Part shown: positions 1 to 8,151 of the stretch, piece after piece
Layout of the letters: each line of letters opens with the position of its first letter
How positions within the stretch are numbered: the first letter of the stretch is position 1
Assembly (NCBI GenBank): GCA_040880145.1
Contig: JBBDIZ010000022.1
Location: forward strand, 1-13,918
Reading direction: 5' to 3'
DNA from: Simkaniaceae bacterium
Lineage (GTDB): Bacteria; Chlamydiota; Chlamydiia; Chlamydiales; JAJFMI01
DNA: 13,918 nucleotides
Position numbers and translations under genes: made by a program
Notes under the pieces: model-generated
Told to the model about the DNA's origin: nothing
What the model saw: the letters and a program-made list of their open reading frames with translations, nothing else
The model's database searches: none

Positions 1-1
1 A

Positions 2-76
2 GAAATTGAAAATCGAATAGAAATGGAAATTATTCTTTTAATGTCCGGTGCCCTGGGGCTGACTCATACAGCATAA
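2..76 (+). CDS. Possible 3' end of a gene entering from the left edge (partial)
   Basis: Frame from position 2 reads EIENRIEMEIILLMSGALGLTHTA to TAA at 74-76 and overlaps the 3' end of the convergent 64..960 ORF by 13 nt. Too short to assign. Confidence 0.35.
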   Translation, partial: EIENRIEMEIILLMSGALGLTHTA

Positions 77-960
77 TCATTTCCTAAGTGTTGTTTTATT
101 TCATTAAAGATTCCCTCTTCTTTGATTTCATCATAACTTCGCTTCCACTCAAGATGCTTTAAGTTTATTTTTTTTTTAAACTTGTCTGTGAGTTTACCGT
201 ATTTATTTGAATTTCGGCAGTGTCCTATTTGACCGCAAAGTTGCAAATATACTCGAATTTGTTTAACGATTTCTTTCGAAAAATAATCAGGGAAAAGGTC
301 TTGCCATTCTAAAACCTTTTTAGGTCCATAAGCTTCGACAGCATGATCTAGGATCCAATCGAGATAGAAGTCATGAATCCGTTCAAGTGCAACATCTTCC
401 CAACTATACTTTTCTTTAAAACGATTCAATTGACTAATTGTGAAAAAATCACTGGGAAAGTGAAGTTCAGTTTCATCCGGATATATAAACTCTTCCACAA
501 GTAATTTATGAACGGACTGCATATCATTGAGTACTTTTTCTTTAAATGAACACTCTTTTAATAGGTTTTGATTGTCCCCTTTTAAAATCAAATAGCTCCA
601 CATGTGTTTTTTTGAGGATGAGATCAATGTATTGAGCTTAGCATTATACGCAGCAGTAATTTGATTATTGAAATGGAGTGTGTTTTTGTAGAGAAGGTCT
701 ATCTGCAGAGGCAGATCTAAAATAAAGTTTCCCCTAGACCCTAAAAGATTTTGGCATTCTCTAATTTCGTGATACAGCGTCTCGATCTGTAGTTCTTTGA
801 CCTTTTTTTTATAAATAGATGTGAATTTTGTTTTTAGATCTTTGTTTAAGGAATCATAAAAAGTGTGCGTTTTTTTTTCAAGTTTATAGGGATTTTGAGG
901 GTCCAACTCATTGCAATTAGAGATTAATTGACCAACCAAATGACTGAGGGGTTTTGACAT
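64..960 (-). CDS. Hypothetical protein, 298 aa, Lys/Leu-rich, probably helical
   Basis: Long ORF with ATG start and GGAAGG just upstream; no recognisable motif. Confidence 0.8.
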   Translation of the reverse strand: MSKPLSHLVGQLISNCNELDPQNPYKLEKKTHTFYDSLNKDLKTKFTSIYKKKVKELQIETLYHEIRECQNLLGSRGNFILDLPLQIDLLYKNTLHFNNQITAAYNAKLNTLISSSKKHMWSYLILKGDNQNLLKECSFKEKVLNDMQSVHKLLVEEFIYPDETELHFPSDFFTISQLNRFKEKYSWEDVALERIHDFYLDWILDHAVEAYGPKKVLEWQDLFPDYFSKEIVKQIRVYLQLCGQIGHCRNSNKYGKLTDKFKKKINLKHLEWKRSYDEIKEEGIFNEIKQHLGNDYAV

Positions 961-1035
961 AGAGCCTTCCAGGTTAAGGGTTTCTGGAATACTAGGCTTT
1001 AAGAGATCTTTACGTCAAACAAATTCTGAAATCAT

Positions 1036-2202
1036 TTAAATGGCAAATTTTACATTCTTTTCAAATACAAAAGTTGAGGGTTGTCTCAGTTGCCATTTTC
1101 GGACTTTATGCGGAAAATCGTAGGATTTGGCATTGATGTCAAACCACCACTCCGGGCCTTTAGCCGGTGGGGAAATTTTTTTGATTTTTTTAGAATCACT
1201 TAAGGCTTGGCCTCGTATTCCCGATCCTGCTCCAAGAGTTAATCCTATGAGTGAGAGAAAAAATGCAAAAGTCGTTTCAATAGATGAAATAAAAAGTCCG
1301 CGCAGCAACTGAAATCCGGGCTTTAACAGGTAAGGATCAATTTGCTCTAAGGCTTTATCGACTCGGTTTAAACAATACCCCATAATCCGTGGAGTGAAAC
1401 GTGTTTGACAGGGAATTTGAATATTACAAGAAAAAGAGAGGGCTTTTCGTACAAAGGTTGCGCAGTTTTGTGAAAACATATTAAAAACCGTATCTTTCTG
1501 ATTTCCAAAATGAGCATCGATATATTCGAGTAAGCGATTTTTTTCATTTGAGGTGATGAGTAAACTTGTAACAACTTTGACCTCAGAGCCTTTATACTCC
1601 CAAATGTCCGGCGATCGAAGGACTCCCCTATGGTTGTAATAGGGCATGCGATAGGGCTTTTGAAAGCCAAAACCCAGGCTGTAAACTTCCCCATTTGGAT
1701 CGATAAGACGTAAGAAAATGTGTTGGGCAGAAAAAAGCATCACTTTTTTAGCTCCACATGAAACGATCTGAAGGATGTATTCCCCCTTTCGATTAAATTG
1801 CTCGGCACTTGAGTAAATTTTCTGATATTGCTCCTTTTGAAGCTTTATAATAGGTCGATTTAGCAAGCTTTTATAAGGGTGGTGAGGAACTAGGCCTTGC
1901 CCGGCCCCAAGATAGGTAAATATTTTTTTACTTTCTTTTTCAACGATAAAAGGCTCCTGGTATTCAGAACAGCGCTTATAAGCAAATCTTTTTTTGAAAT
2001 CTGAGAACTTAATAGGTTGGCTTTCAATCAGAATGGTCGGCTCCCCATCAATCATAACCGGTTGATTATTTGTGATTTTGATCTGAGAGCCCAAAGGGCT
2101 AGATAGAAGAAATTCAGCAAAATCAGGGTGAGATTGCAATAGGCTGGGGTGGAATCCGTAACGAGTCCAAGTAGAGCGAGGGCATTTTTTTTTCTTTGAC
2201 AT
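1036..2202 (-). CDS. Hypothetical protein, 388 aa, with a putative permuted papain-like (His...Asn-Cys) catalytic domain and a C-terminal hydrophobic segment
   Basis: QH161IFLRLIDPNGEVYSLGF and FNMFSQNC247ATFV match the H...[FY]NxxxxNC pattern of PPPDE/LRAT/DUF4105-like domains; hydrophobic stretch FAFFLSLIGLTLGAG. ORF secure, family tentative. Confidence 0.7.
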   Translation of the reverse strand: MSKKKKCPRSTWTRYGFHPSLLQSHPDFAEFLLSSPLGSQIKITNNQPVMIDGEPTILIESQPIKFSDFKKRFAYKRCSEYQEPFIVEKESKKIFTYLGAGQGLVPHHPYKSLLNRPIIKLQKEQYQKIYSSAEQFNRKGEYILQIVSCGAKKVMLFSAQHIFLRLIDPNGEVYSLGFGFQKPYRMPYYNHRGVLRSPDIWEYKGSEVKVVTSLLITSNEKNRLLEYIDAHFGNQKDTVFNMFSQNCATFVRKALSFSCNIQIPCQTRFTPRIMGYCLNRVDKALEQIDPYLLKPGFQLLRGLFISSIETTFAFFLSLIGLTLGAGSGIRGQALSDSKKIKKISPPAKGPEWWFDINAKSYDFPHKVRKWQLRQPSTFVFEKNVKFAI

Positions 2203-2252
2203 GCCCCAATGCTAGCATAAAGGCTATTAAAAATAAAGGTGCATTGTTAAGG

Positions 2253-3422
2253 TCAATCTTTATTTAATTTAAGAAATAAAGGGAATAAAATAAGAGAAAT
2301 AGTAAGAAAGGTAATTGCCATTGTCAAGGGTCTCGGAGAGTTGATCAAGCCATTAATTTGAGTTCCTGCAAAAGCGATGCCAATATTTAAAAAGCTCATT
2401 AAAGCGGCTGCATTTGATTTGTTTTTTACACCCGACAAGACCAGGGTTGTACAATTTGCATAAGTGATAGGCACTCCAAAAACCATTAGGGAATAGGGAA
2501 TAATTAACGTATAAATATTAAAAATGTCATTGATATAGAAAATAAACATAGATAATGAGCCCAGCAATATCACATAGAGCCCGCGAAGAATCGCCATCTT
2601 TGGCTGAAGTTTTGGCGATATTATTGCTGAAAAAATGGATCCTAAAAACATCCCACTGAAACTTAACAGGTAAACAAGACCATATTCGTCAGGAGACAAG
2701 TCTAAAATATTGATAGCAAAAAAGGGGGCTTTTGAGGCGAAAACGTAGGTAAATACAGTCATTAACCCAATGATTGTACCTGAAAGTATCAATGATCGAT
2801 TTTTTAGTTTTAGCAAATAACTGTGAACAATTTGTTTCAAATGAAGAGCATCGTGCTGCTTCTCGAGAAGGGTTTCCGGTAAAAGCAAAGAGCCTAGGTA
2901 GAGCAAGATACTGTAAGCTGTTAGAAAATAAAAAGGAGTTGACCATGCAAACATTTCAGTTAGATACCCTCCAAGAAGGGCTCCAATACCCGGGACGATC
3001 GCAAAAGCTGCTATCATAAAAGAGTTGATGCGTGTGGCTTTTATTGGGGGATAATAATCAGCGACAATAGTAAAAGCCATTTTAAGTCCCACTGCTGCTC
3101 CAAGCCCATGAAGCATTCGGGCAAAGAGCAAAAATCCAAAGGAGTGAAAAGGGAGGGAGAGTGCAGAGAAAAGCGCTCCAAGAGCTGCAATAGTCGTCCC
3201 GAGTCCAATTGTAGGCTTCCTCCCTATACGATTTGAGATAGGACCGTAAGGAAGCTGGCCCAAAGCGTAGGTGATCAGGTAAAGCGTTACCGTCAATTGG
3301 GCTTGATTAGCAGAGATTTGGAAAAATTCGGCTATTTTAGGTAAAGCAGGTGTAAAAAACACACCTCCAATAGTTCCAAAAGAAATAAGAGGAATTAGTA
3401 TAAAAAGTCTCGGTTTTCTCAT
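2253..3422 (-). CDS. MFS drug:H+ antiporter, Bcr/CflA-like (DHA1)
   Basis: About 12 hydrophobic segments; FTPALPKIA in TM1, motif A-like GPISNRIGRKP, ARMLHGLG, motif C-like PGIGALLGG, LPETL after TM6. ATG at 3422 preferred over TTG at 3458. Confidence 0.9.
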   Translation of the reverse strand: MRKPRLFILIPLISFGTIGGVFFTPALPKIAEFFQISANQAQLTVTLYLITYALGQLPYGPISNRIGRKPTIGLGTTIAALGALFSALSLPFHSFGFLLFARMLHGLGAAVGLKMAFTIVADYYPPIKATRINSFMIAAFAIVPGIGALLGGYLTEMFAWSTPFYFLTAYSILLYLGSLLLPETLLEKQHDALHLKQIVHSYLLKLKNRSLILSGTIIGLMTVFTYVFASKAPFFAINILDLSPDEYGLVYLLSFSGMFLGSIFSAIISPKLQPKMAILRGLYVILLGSLSMFIFYINDIFNIYTLIIPYSLMVFGVPITYANCTTLVLSGVKNKSNAAALMSFLNIGIAFAGTQINGLINSPRPLTMAITFLTISLILFPLFLKLNKD

Positions 3423-3493
3423 ACTTATCAGCCTAAAAGAGTGAGGTTTATTGAGCAACCGAAGTTTTTCACTCTCCTCTTCTTTTTAATTGA

Positions 3494-3523
3494 TTGACGA
3501 AAAGGGCTTAGGTCAAATAGAAT
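3494..3523 (+). promoter_or_regulatory. Putative sigma70/sigma66-type promoter for tRNA-Leu
   Basis: TTGACG (3494-3499), 18-nt spacer, TAGAAT (3518-3523), 18 nt before the tRNA 5' end. Confidence 0.6.
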
Positions 3524-3541
3524 AGCACTTTTCTTCCATCT

Positions 3542-3623
<82 letters not shown>

Positions 3624-3678
3624 TTTCTTGACAAATTCTTTATAATAGACTATTAATCAAGTACGAGTTATTATATTT

Positions 3679-4332
3679 ATGAGTTTCAAGGTTAATTCTT
3701 CAAATTACTCTGATATTATCCCATCAGATCGTGACGAGGATGTCTTTCTTCTTCATGGGGATAGCAAAAACAAACCTGAGTTTGATGAAAATTTATATTT
3801 ATACTATTCTCAGCCAAATACTTATGACATTAATAACACCGAAATCTCAACTGAAATAGTAGTAAAAACATCAAATTTCAAGTTTTTAGTTTCTTATTAT
3901 TCACCGGTAAGTCATCAAAATGCGATCATTTCTACTAGTTTGTATCAGAATCCTCTGAAAAAGACGGCTTTTCTTTTTTCCTCACTATACACTCCTGGAA
4001 TAGGTATAATCGAAAAAACTACGTGTTCATTGTCTTTTAAAAATAAGAGCGATTATCCTGTCTCACCGCTGTTCCATATTATAAGCCATACTTATACTTA
4101 TAATGATAAAACTACCACAAGTTTGATCGTAGAGCAATATTATAATTCGTTTTTTACAACATTAAAACATTGTTTTGTTCCATACATCTCGATCCAAATA
4201 AAAGAAATCGATTCCAATAACATAACGATTAATCATATTGATGAATCCTCTCACCTTAGAATTTATGAATTTTTTGCTTGGTTATGGAATAGTTTAATTT
4301 CTTTATTTACATGCAATTCAGATCAAAAATAA
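3679..4332 (+). CDS. Hypothetical protein, 217 aa, Ser/Thr/Tyr/Ile-rich with a C-terminal aromatic amphipathic segment
   Basis: 654-nt ORF in very AT-rich DNA; ends IYEFFAWLWNSLISLFTC; no known motif. Confidence 0.7.
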   Translation: MSFKVNSSNYSDIIPSDRDEDVFLLHGDSKNKPEFDENLYLYYSQPNTYDINNTEISTEIVVKTSNFKFLVSYYSPVSHQNAIISTSLYQNPLKKTAFLFSSLYTPGIGIIEKTTCSLSFKNKSDYPVSPLFHIISHTYTYNDKTTTSLIVEQYYNSFFTTLKHCFVPYISIQIKEIDSNNITINHIDESSHLRIYEFFAWLWNSLISLFTCNSDQK

Positions 4333-4420
4333 TCCTGAAGTTGTTTCGGTATATTTTATATTGTTAATAATTGCAATTTCTGTAATTATCTAATTGTAAT
4401 AATTAACCAGGAAATGTTTT

Positions 4421-4783
4421 ATGTCACTTGGTGCTAATTTAACATTAACCGATGAACAATTTAATCAATTAATAAACATTAATAATAATTACAACTCGTT
4501 CAATACTACTGTTTTTAAAATAGTAGCTGCGCTGACACTTATTTTATCTGCATTAGGTAAAGTTCTTTTTACAATTGGGACTATCTTTCTTCTCTCAATT
4601 TCGACCCCCCTCTATGTTCCTATAATCCTTATCTTACTCGGTTTATTGCTCTCGGCCGTTCCAATGCTTATCACTCTCATTATTATGGTTTTTGCAAGCG
4701 ATAACAACTTAACCCCTGTGAATTTCGATAAAATGAACACTATTCTCTGTAAATCCTTAGGAGCTTCAAATAGCCTCATATAA
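4421..4783 (+). CDS. Small membrane protein with a long bilobed hydrophobic domain (Inc-like), 120 aa
   Basis: AGGAA upstream of ATG; polar Asn-rich N-terminus, then ~55-60 almost uninterrupted hydrophobic residues with a central STPLYVP turn. Confidence 0.75.
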   Translation: MSLGANLTLTDEQFNQLININNNYNSFNTTVFKIVAALTLILSALGKVLFTIGTIFLLSISTPLYVPIILILLGLLLSAVPMLITLIIMVFASDNNLTPVNFDKMNTILCKSLGASNSLI

Positions 4784-4868
4784 TTAAATTTATGAAGTAG
4801 GTGATTGTGGTTTTTTTTAATTGAAAGACTTTGTAATATAAACGATCTAATTAACAAGGGAGTCGATT

Positions 4869-5651
4869 ATGGCAAAGTCAGAGCTGTCATGGATCCAAGT
4901 CAAGGATATCGAAAAATCAAAAGATTTTTTTTTAAATACACTCGGTCTATCTCTGCATGAAGAACAAAAAGAGTTTGGCTGGGTTGAGCTTGGAGGTGAA
5001 AAAGGGGGTCTTTTAGGTCTCGCCTCTATAAAAAACGATCAAGAATTAGAGTTTGGAAAGAACGCAATCATCACCATTACCGTTGATGATCTCAACTCTA
5101 TTAAAGAGAAGCTTATAGAGTTTGGAATAGAGTTTATCGGTGAAATTCACGAAATTCCAGGCCTTTTAAAGATGGCTCTTTTTGAGGATCCCAGCCACAA
5201 CCGCTTTCAACTTGTCGAAAAATTTGAAAAAGAAATCCGAAAACCCCTCCCCTCCTCGAAAGATTCTCTTGTAAAAGGCACCTTTCTTTCCTGGATACAG
5301 GTTCATGACCTCATTAAAGCAAAAAAAATGTTTGTCGATATCATCGGACTTACTCTATTGGAAGAAAATGAGAATTATGGATGGCTTGAGCTCGGAAGCG
5401 TCCACGGAGAACCGATCATTGGCATTTCTAGCGTTAACCAAGATAAAGAAGAGTGTTCTCAAGTCGAATTTAATCCCGGAGATAATGCGATTGTAAGCTT
5501 AACGGTCGATGATACCGAAGAGGTAAAAAAGAAACTTGAAAATATGGGTGTTTCCTTTGTTGGTGAAATTATAGAAATTCCAGGCGAGCTTAAAATCGCT
5601 AACTTTCTTGATTTAGACAATAACCGATTTCAAATTGTTGAAAAGATTTAA
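4869..5651 (+). CDS. VOC (glyoxalase/bleomycin-resistance) family protein made of two tandem ~120-aa units
   Basis: RBS GGGAG; two homologous halves LSWIQVxD..F...LGL...GWxELG..NAI...TVDD...FxGEIxEIPG...FxD..NRFQxVEK. Confidence 0.9.
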   Translation: MAKSELSWIQVKDIEKSKDFFLNTLGLSLHEEQKEFGWVELGGEKGGLLGLASIKNDQELEFGKNAIITITVDDLNSIKEKLIEFGIEFIGEIHEIPGLLKMALFEDPSHNRFQLVEKFEKEIRKPLPSSKDSLVKGTFLSWIQVHDLIKAKKMFVDIIGLTLLEENENYGWLELGSVHGEPIIGISSVNQDKEECSQVEFNPGDNAIVSLTVDDTEEVKKKLENMGVSFVGEIIEIPGELKIANFLDLDNNRFQIVEKI

Positions 5652-5697
5652 TCAATTTAATAACTCACTTTTTAAATCTTAACAGAGAAAAAGAAGG

Positions 5698-5726
5698 TTG
5701 CAAAATTAGCTCCCTTTTAATATGAT
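5698..5726 (+). promoter_or_regulatory. Putative sigma70/sigma66-type promoter with no downstream ORF
   Basis: TTGCAA (5698-5703), exactly 17 nt, TATGAT (5721-5726), with an A-rich tract upstream of the -35. Confidence 0.6.
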
Positions 5727-5732
5727 GGTTCT

Positions 5733-5801
5733 TTAATAAAAAGTTACCTCCTAAAGTGGCTGTGCCCCAGATCGAGCAATCGATCTGGGGCACAGTTTTT
5801 T
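5733..5801 (+). ncRNA. Candidate small RNA with an anti-Shine-Dalgarno seed (5' end approximate)
   Basis: Lies between the promoter at 5698-5726 and the terminator at 5760-5801; contains ACCTCCT at 5746-5752; no coding potential. Confidence 0.45.
5760..5801 (+). terminator. Rho-independent terminator
   Basis: Perfect 16-bp stem CTGTGCCCCAGATCGA (5760-5775) / TCGATCTGGGGCACAG (5780-5795), GCAA tetraloop, then T6. The U-tract follows the stem only on the + strand. Confidence 0.9.
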
Positions 5802-6694
5802 CATCTTCTCGCCGTTTCTAACCAGCTACGACTAATATTGATAATATGAATCATAAGTTCCGTATTGTCAGGCTGCAAATGCTCAGTCTTTAAATTAATA
5901 ATTGATTTGGGCTCTGGGACAAGTCTTTGTAAATTCAGTGCGCATTTATTTGGAATGAGTCGGTCTTCTGTTCCATTAACAACTAAAAATTTTCCATGAA
6001 TATAAGGCAGGTGAAGCTCCGGCTCCAAAGGATGAAAAAACTTAGCTCCTGATAATCCTACCATTTTTTTGAACCAATTCGGGCCGGGAGTGATCGCCTG
6101 AAAAACACACTTAATTCCAGCTCCGCCGTAGCCAAAAACAGTCGGACCATATTCAAGATCTTGAGTTTGCCCAAGATGCAGGGCTGCCGGCAAAAAGGCG
6201 CAGCCAAAACTCACTGCAATCATTGAAGGAGGGGTTGAGTCGCAGTAACCTTTCTCTTGAATGTAGCGAAGTACGCCATTGATCTGAGAGGGGACTCTTA
6301 AACAAGCCTCGCGAATAGAGGGAAGATAAAAAAGAACACTCTTTTTTTTAATGTTTTTGATGACCGCAGGATACTCAAAGGAGATCAAGAGATTATCCCC
6401 ATGGTCTGGGATCAATTGCAGGCTTTTTCGACCGGTTTCAAGCCCTGCAACTACAAATAAACACGATGAAACTTTTCCCTTTTTAGGGCGGCTAAGGGTA
6501 ATACGAATGGATCCCGCTTTTGAGTCTAAAACAAGATCTTCATAGATTCGGGAAGCGGTTCCATCGCTCTCTTCATAAAGACGTGATGAGATGAGTGTTG
6601 GCGTCATTTTGCCATAGTCGAGCCTTGTCAACTCACCTCCCATTAAGCTGAATAGAGAGAGAGGTCCAATGAAAAAAAGGAAAAAATATTTCAT
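5801..6694 (-). CDS. Exported alpha/beta-fold hydrolase, 297 aa
   Basis: RBS AAGGAG; signal-peptide-like MKYFFLFFIGPLSLFS; nucleophile elbow variant AVSFG, acid motif NGTEDRLIP, His motif TEHL. Confidence 0.8.
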   Translation of the reverse strand: MKYFFLFFIGPLSLFSLMGGELTRLDYGKMTPTLISSRLYEESDGTASRIYEDLVLDSKAGSIRITLSRPKKGKVSSCLFVVAGLETGRKSLQLIPDHGDNLLISFEYPAVIKNIKKKSVLFYLPSIREACLRVPSQINGVLRYIQEKGYCDSTPPSMIAVSFGCAFLPAALHLGQTQDLEYGPTVFGYGGAGIKCVFQAITPGPNWFKKMVGLSGAKFFHPLEPELHLPYIHGKFLVVNGTEDRLIPNKCALNLQRLVPEPKSIINLKTEHLQPDNTELMIHIINISRSWLETARR

Positions 6695-6752
6695 ATTTTC
6701 TCCTTATAACACAAAAAAAATCACTCTTAAACAAAAAATTTGTTAAGAATTC

Positions 6753-7184
6753 TTAGATTAGTAAATTCGCAATTTCAAAATTTCCGCTCTCCAATGCATA
6801 ATTGAAGGCCGTTTTATCATTTAGCGGATTTTTGAGATCTTTATCACAGGAGGCGTGTGCCAGTAATATTTTCACACAGTCGCTTCCTTTTTTTACGGCA
6901 ATCATCAGAGGAGTCATCCCCTCATCATTCACTTCATTGGTATCAATCGTATCGCTAGTAAGAAGAAGATGAACAAAAGGAAAATTTTCATACATAACAG
7001 CGTAGTGAAGCGGGGTATTGTGTCCTGAAATCGATAATATATTCACGCTATCCAAGCAAAGACAAGCTTTAATAAAACCCTCATAGTTAGACTTATTGAC
7101 CGACTGGAAAAGCATTTTTTTTGCAACATTTGGCAATGGAAAAAATAGATGTTCCATTTCAATACCAGAAGTTATTTTATACAT
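6753..7184 (-). CDS. Ankyrin-repeat protein, 143 aa (three clear repeats)
   Basis: RBS GGAGG; GHNTPLHYAV..VHLLL, GMTPLMIAV..VKILL, DKTAFNYAL..IANLL. Confidence 0.9.
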   Translation of the reverse strand: MYKITSGIEMEHLFFPLPNVAKKMLFQSVNKSNYEGFIKACLCLDSVNILSISGHNTPLHYAVMYENFPFVHLLLTSDTIDTNEVNDEGMTPLMIAVKKGSDCVKILLAHASCDKDLKNPLNDKTAFNYALESGNFEIANLLI

Positions 7185-7242
7185 AGATTCCTCCAGATTA
7201 AGAAGTTATTTCGATATAGGATCCTAAATGCAATCTATAAAT

Positions 7243-7764
7243 TTAATCAATCTTATTTTTTTTTCGGTGCACATAGCTATACCCGCACCCTTTTATGATT
7301 TGCGGACGTCCAAAATGTTCAATCACCGGCCACTTTCGGCAAACCATCGGTCGAAATCTATAATTAGTACACTCACCTTTTTTATTTAAATAACGACACC
7401 CCATAACGAAAAACTCCCCCTTTTCTTGAGGTATAGTCTCATCGAATCGTTTATAAAATCCATTCACTTCTAAATGCCAAAGAAGAAAGAGCCGCCCTAA
7501 ATAGCCTTTTTGTTTTTTAATCAAAATGTAGTGGCAGCAATTCCCTCTTTTTTTACAGGCGCCCACTCGAATATAAGGAGGTCGGATGATTTTTTTGGCA
7601 ATCTTTTGCATGAATAAATCCAGATGTAAAAAAGGAAGAAGCGTTATGTTGAAGATAAAACGAAGGGGCTTGGGAAGACGCTGTTTTGGTATCCCCCCCA
7701 TCGGTTTTTTTGGTGGAGCATTTGCTTGCCCCACCTCTTCGATCAGTTGATCAATTTTTTTCAT
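7243..7764 (-). CDS. YkgJ-like cysteine-cluster (CxxCxxCC family, putative Fe-S/Zn) protein
   Basis: GACKKRGNCC...CRYLNKKGECTNYRFRPMVCRKWP...GCGY; start overlaps the upstream stop (TGATG at 7762-7766). Confidence 0.8.
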   Translation of the reverse strand: MKKIDQLIEEVGQANAPPKKPMGGIPKQRLPKPLRFIFNITLLPFLHLDLFMQKIAKKIIRPPYIRVGACKKRGNCCHYILIKKQKGYLGRLFLLWHLEVNGFYKRFDETIPQEKGEFFVMGCRYLNKKGECTNYRFRPMVCRKWPVIEHFGRPQIIKGCGYSYVHRKKNKID

Positions 7765-8147
7765 CAGGCCTGCCGATGCAAGAAAAGACGTTTTATATTT
7801 TTAGGGTTAAAGTAGTCTTGAACCATTTTAACAACGATTTCCGGGTCGTAGTCTTTACAAGAGAAGATGTCGAAATAGACATCTCCATTTGCATCTACAA
7901 AATGGGCTGTAATGGCGCTTGTTTCAATTAACTGTACGAGTGAATATCCGGCAGCATCGGGATTATCTGCAGCAAAACGCTCAATGATGGGCTCGCCAAA
8001 TGCTTTCATATCGATTTTTTGAACAAGATCCTTTACAAAACTTTTGATATAAGCGCTATTTGTAACAGATTCAATTTCACAAGCTTTGCAGTCTAAAATG
8101 AGGTGATATCCCCAATACGCTTCTGCTTTTATAGGCTTCTTCTTCAT
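7764..8147 (-). CDS. speD: Pyruvoyl-dependent decarboxylase proenzyme, prokaryotic AdoMetDC/SpeD family (substrate uncertain)
   Basis: GYHLILD, GYS69LVQLIET-S77AITAH82, YFDIFSC97; Ser/Ser/His/Cys spacing (-8, 0, +5, +20) matches class 1B AdoMetDC. Confidence 0.85.
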   Translation of the reverse strand: MKKKPIKAEAYWGYHLILDCKACEIESVTNSAYIKSFVKDLVQKIDMKAFGEPIIERFAADNPDAAGYSLVQLIETSAITAHFVDANGDVYFDIFSCKDYDPEIVVKMVQDYFNPKNIKRLFLHRQA

Positions 8148-8151
8148 TCAA

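Noticed and set aside
168..878. Coding-strand A10 (168-177) and A9 (870-878) runs in ORF 64..960 as phase-variation sites
   Set aside because: The ORF is in frame and such Lys-codon runs are expected in AT-rich DNA; used only as a control for the 12665 site.
3628..3646. Perfect TTGACA and TATAAT hexamers after the tRNA
   Set aside because: Only 7 nt apart; the hexamer at 17-nt spacing (TATTAA) is weak, so no promoter is called.
5700..5752. Minus-strand AGGAGG as the RBS of a type I toxin or small peptide
   Set aside because: No ATG/GTG/TTG at usable spacing downstream; the + strand ATG ATG GTT CTT TAA overlaps the -10 box and is trivial.
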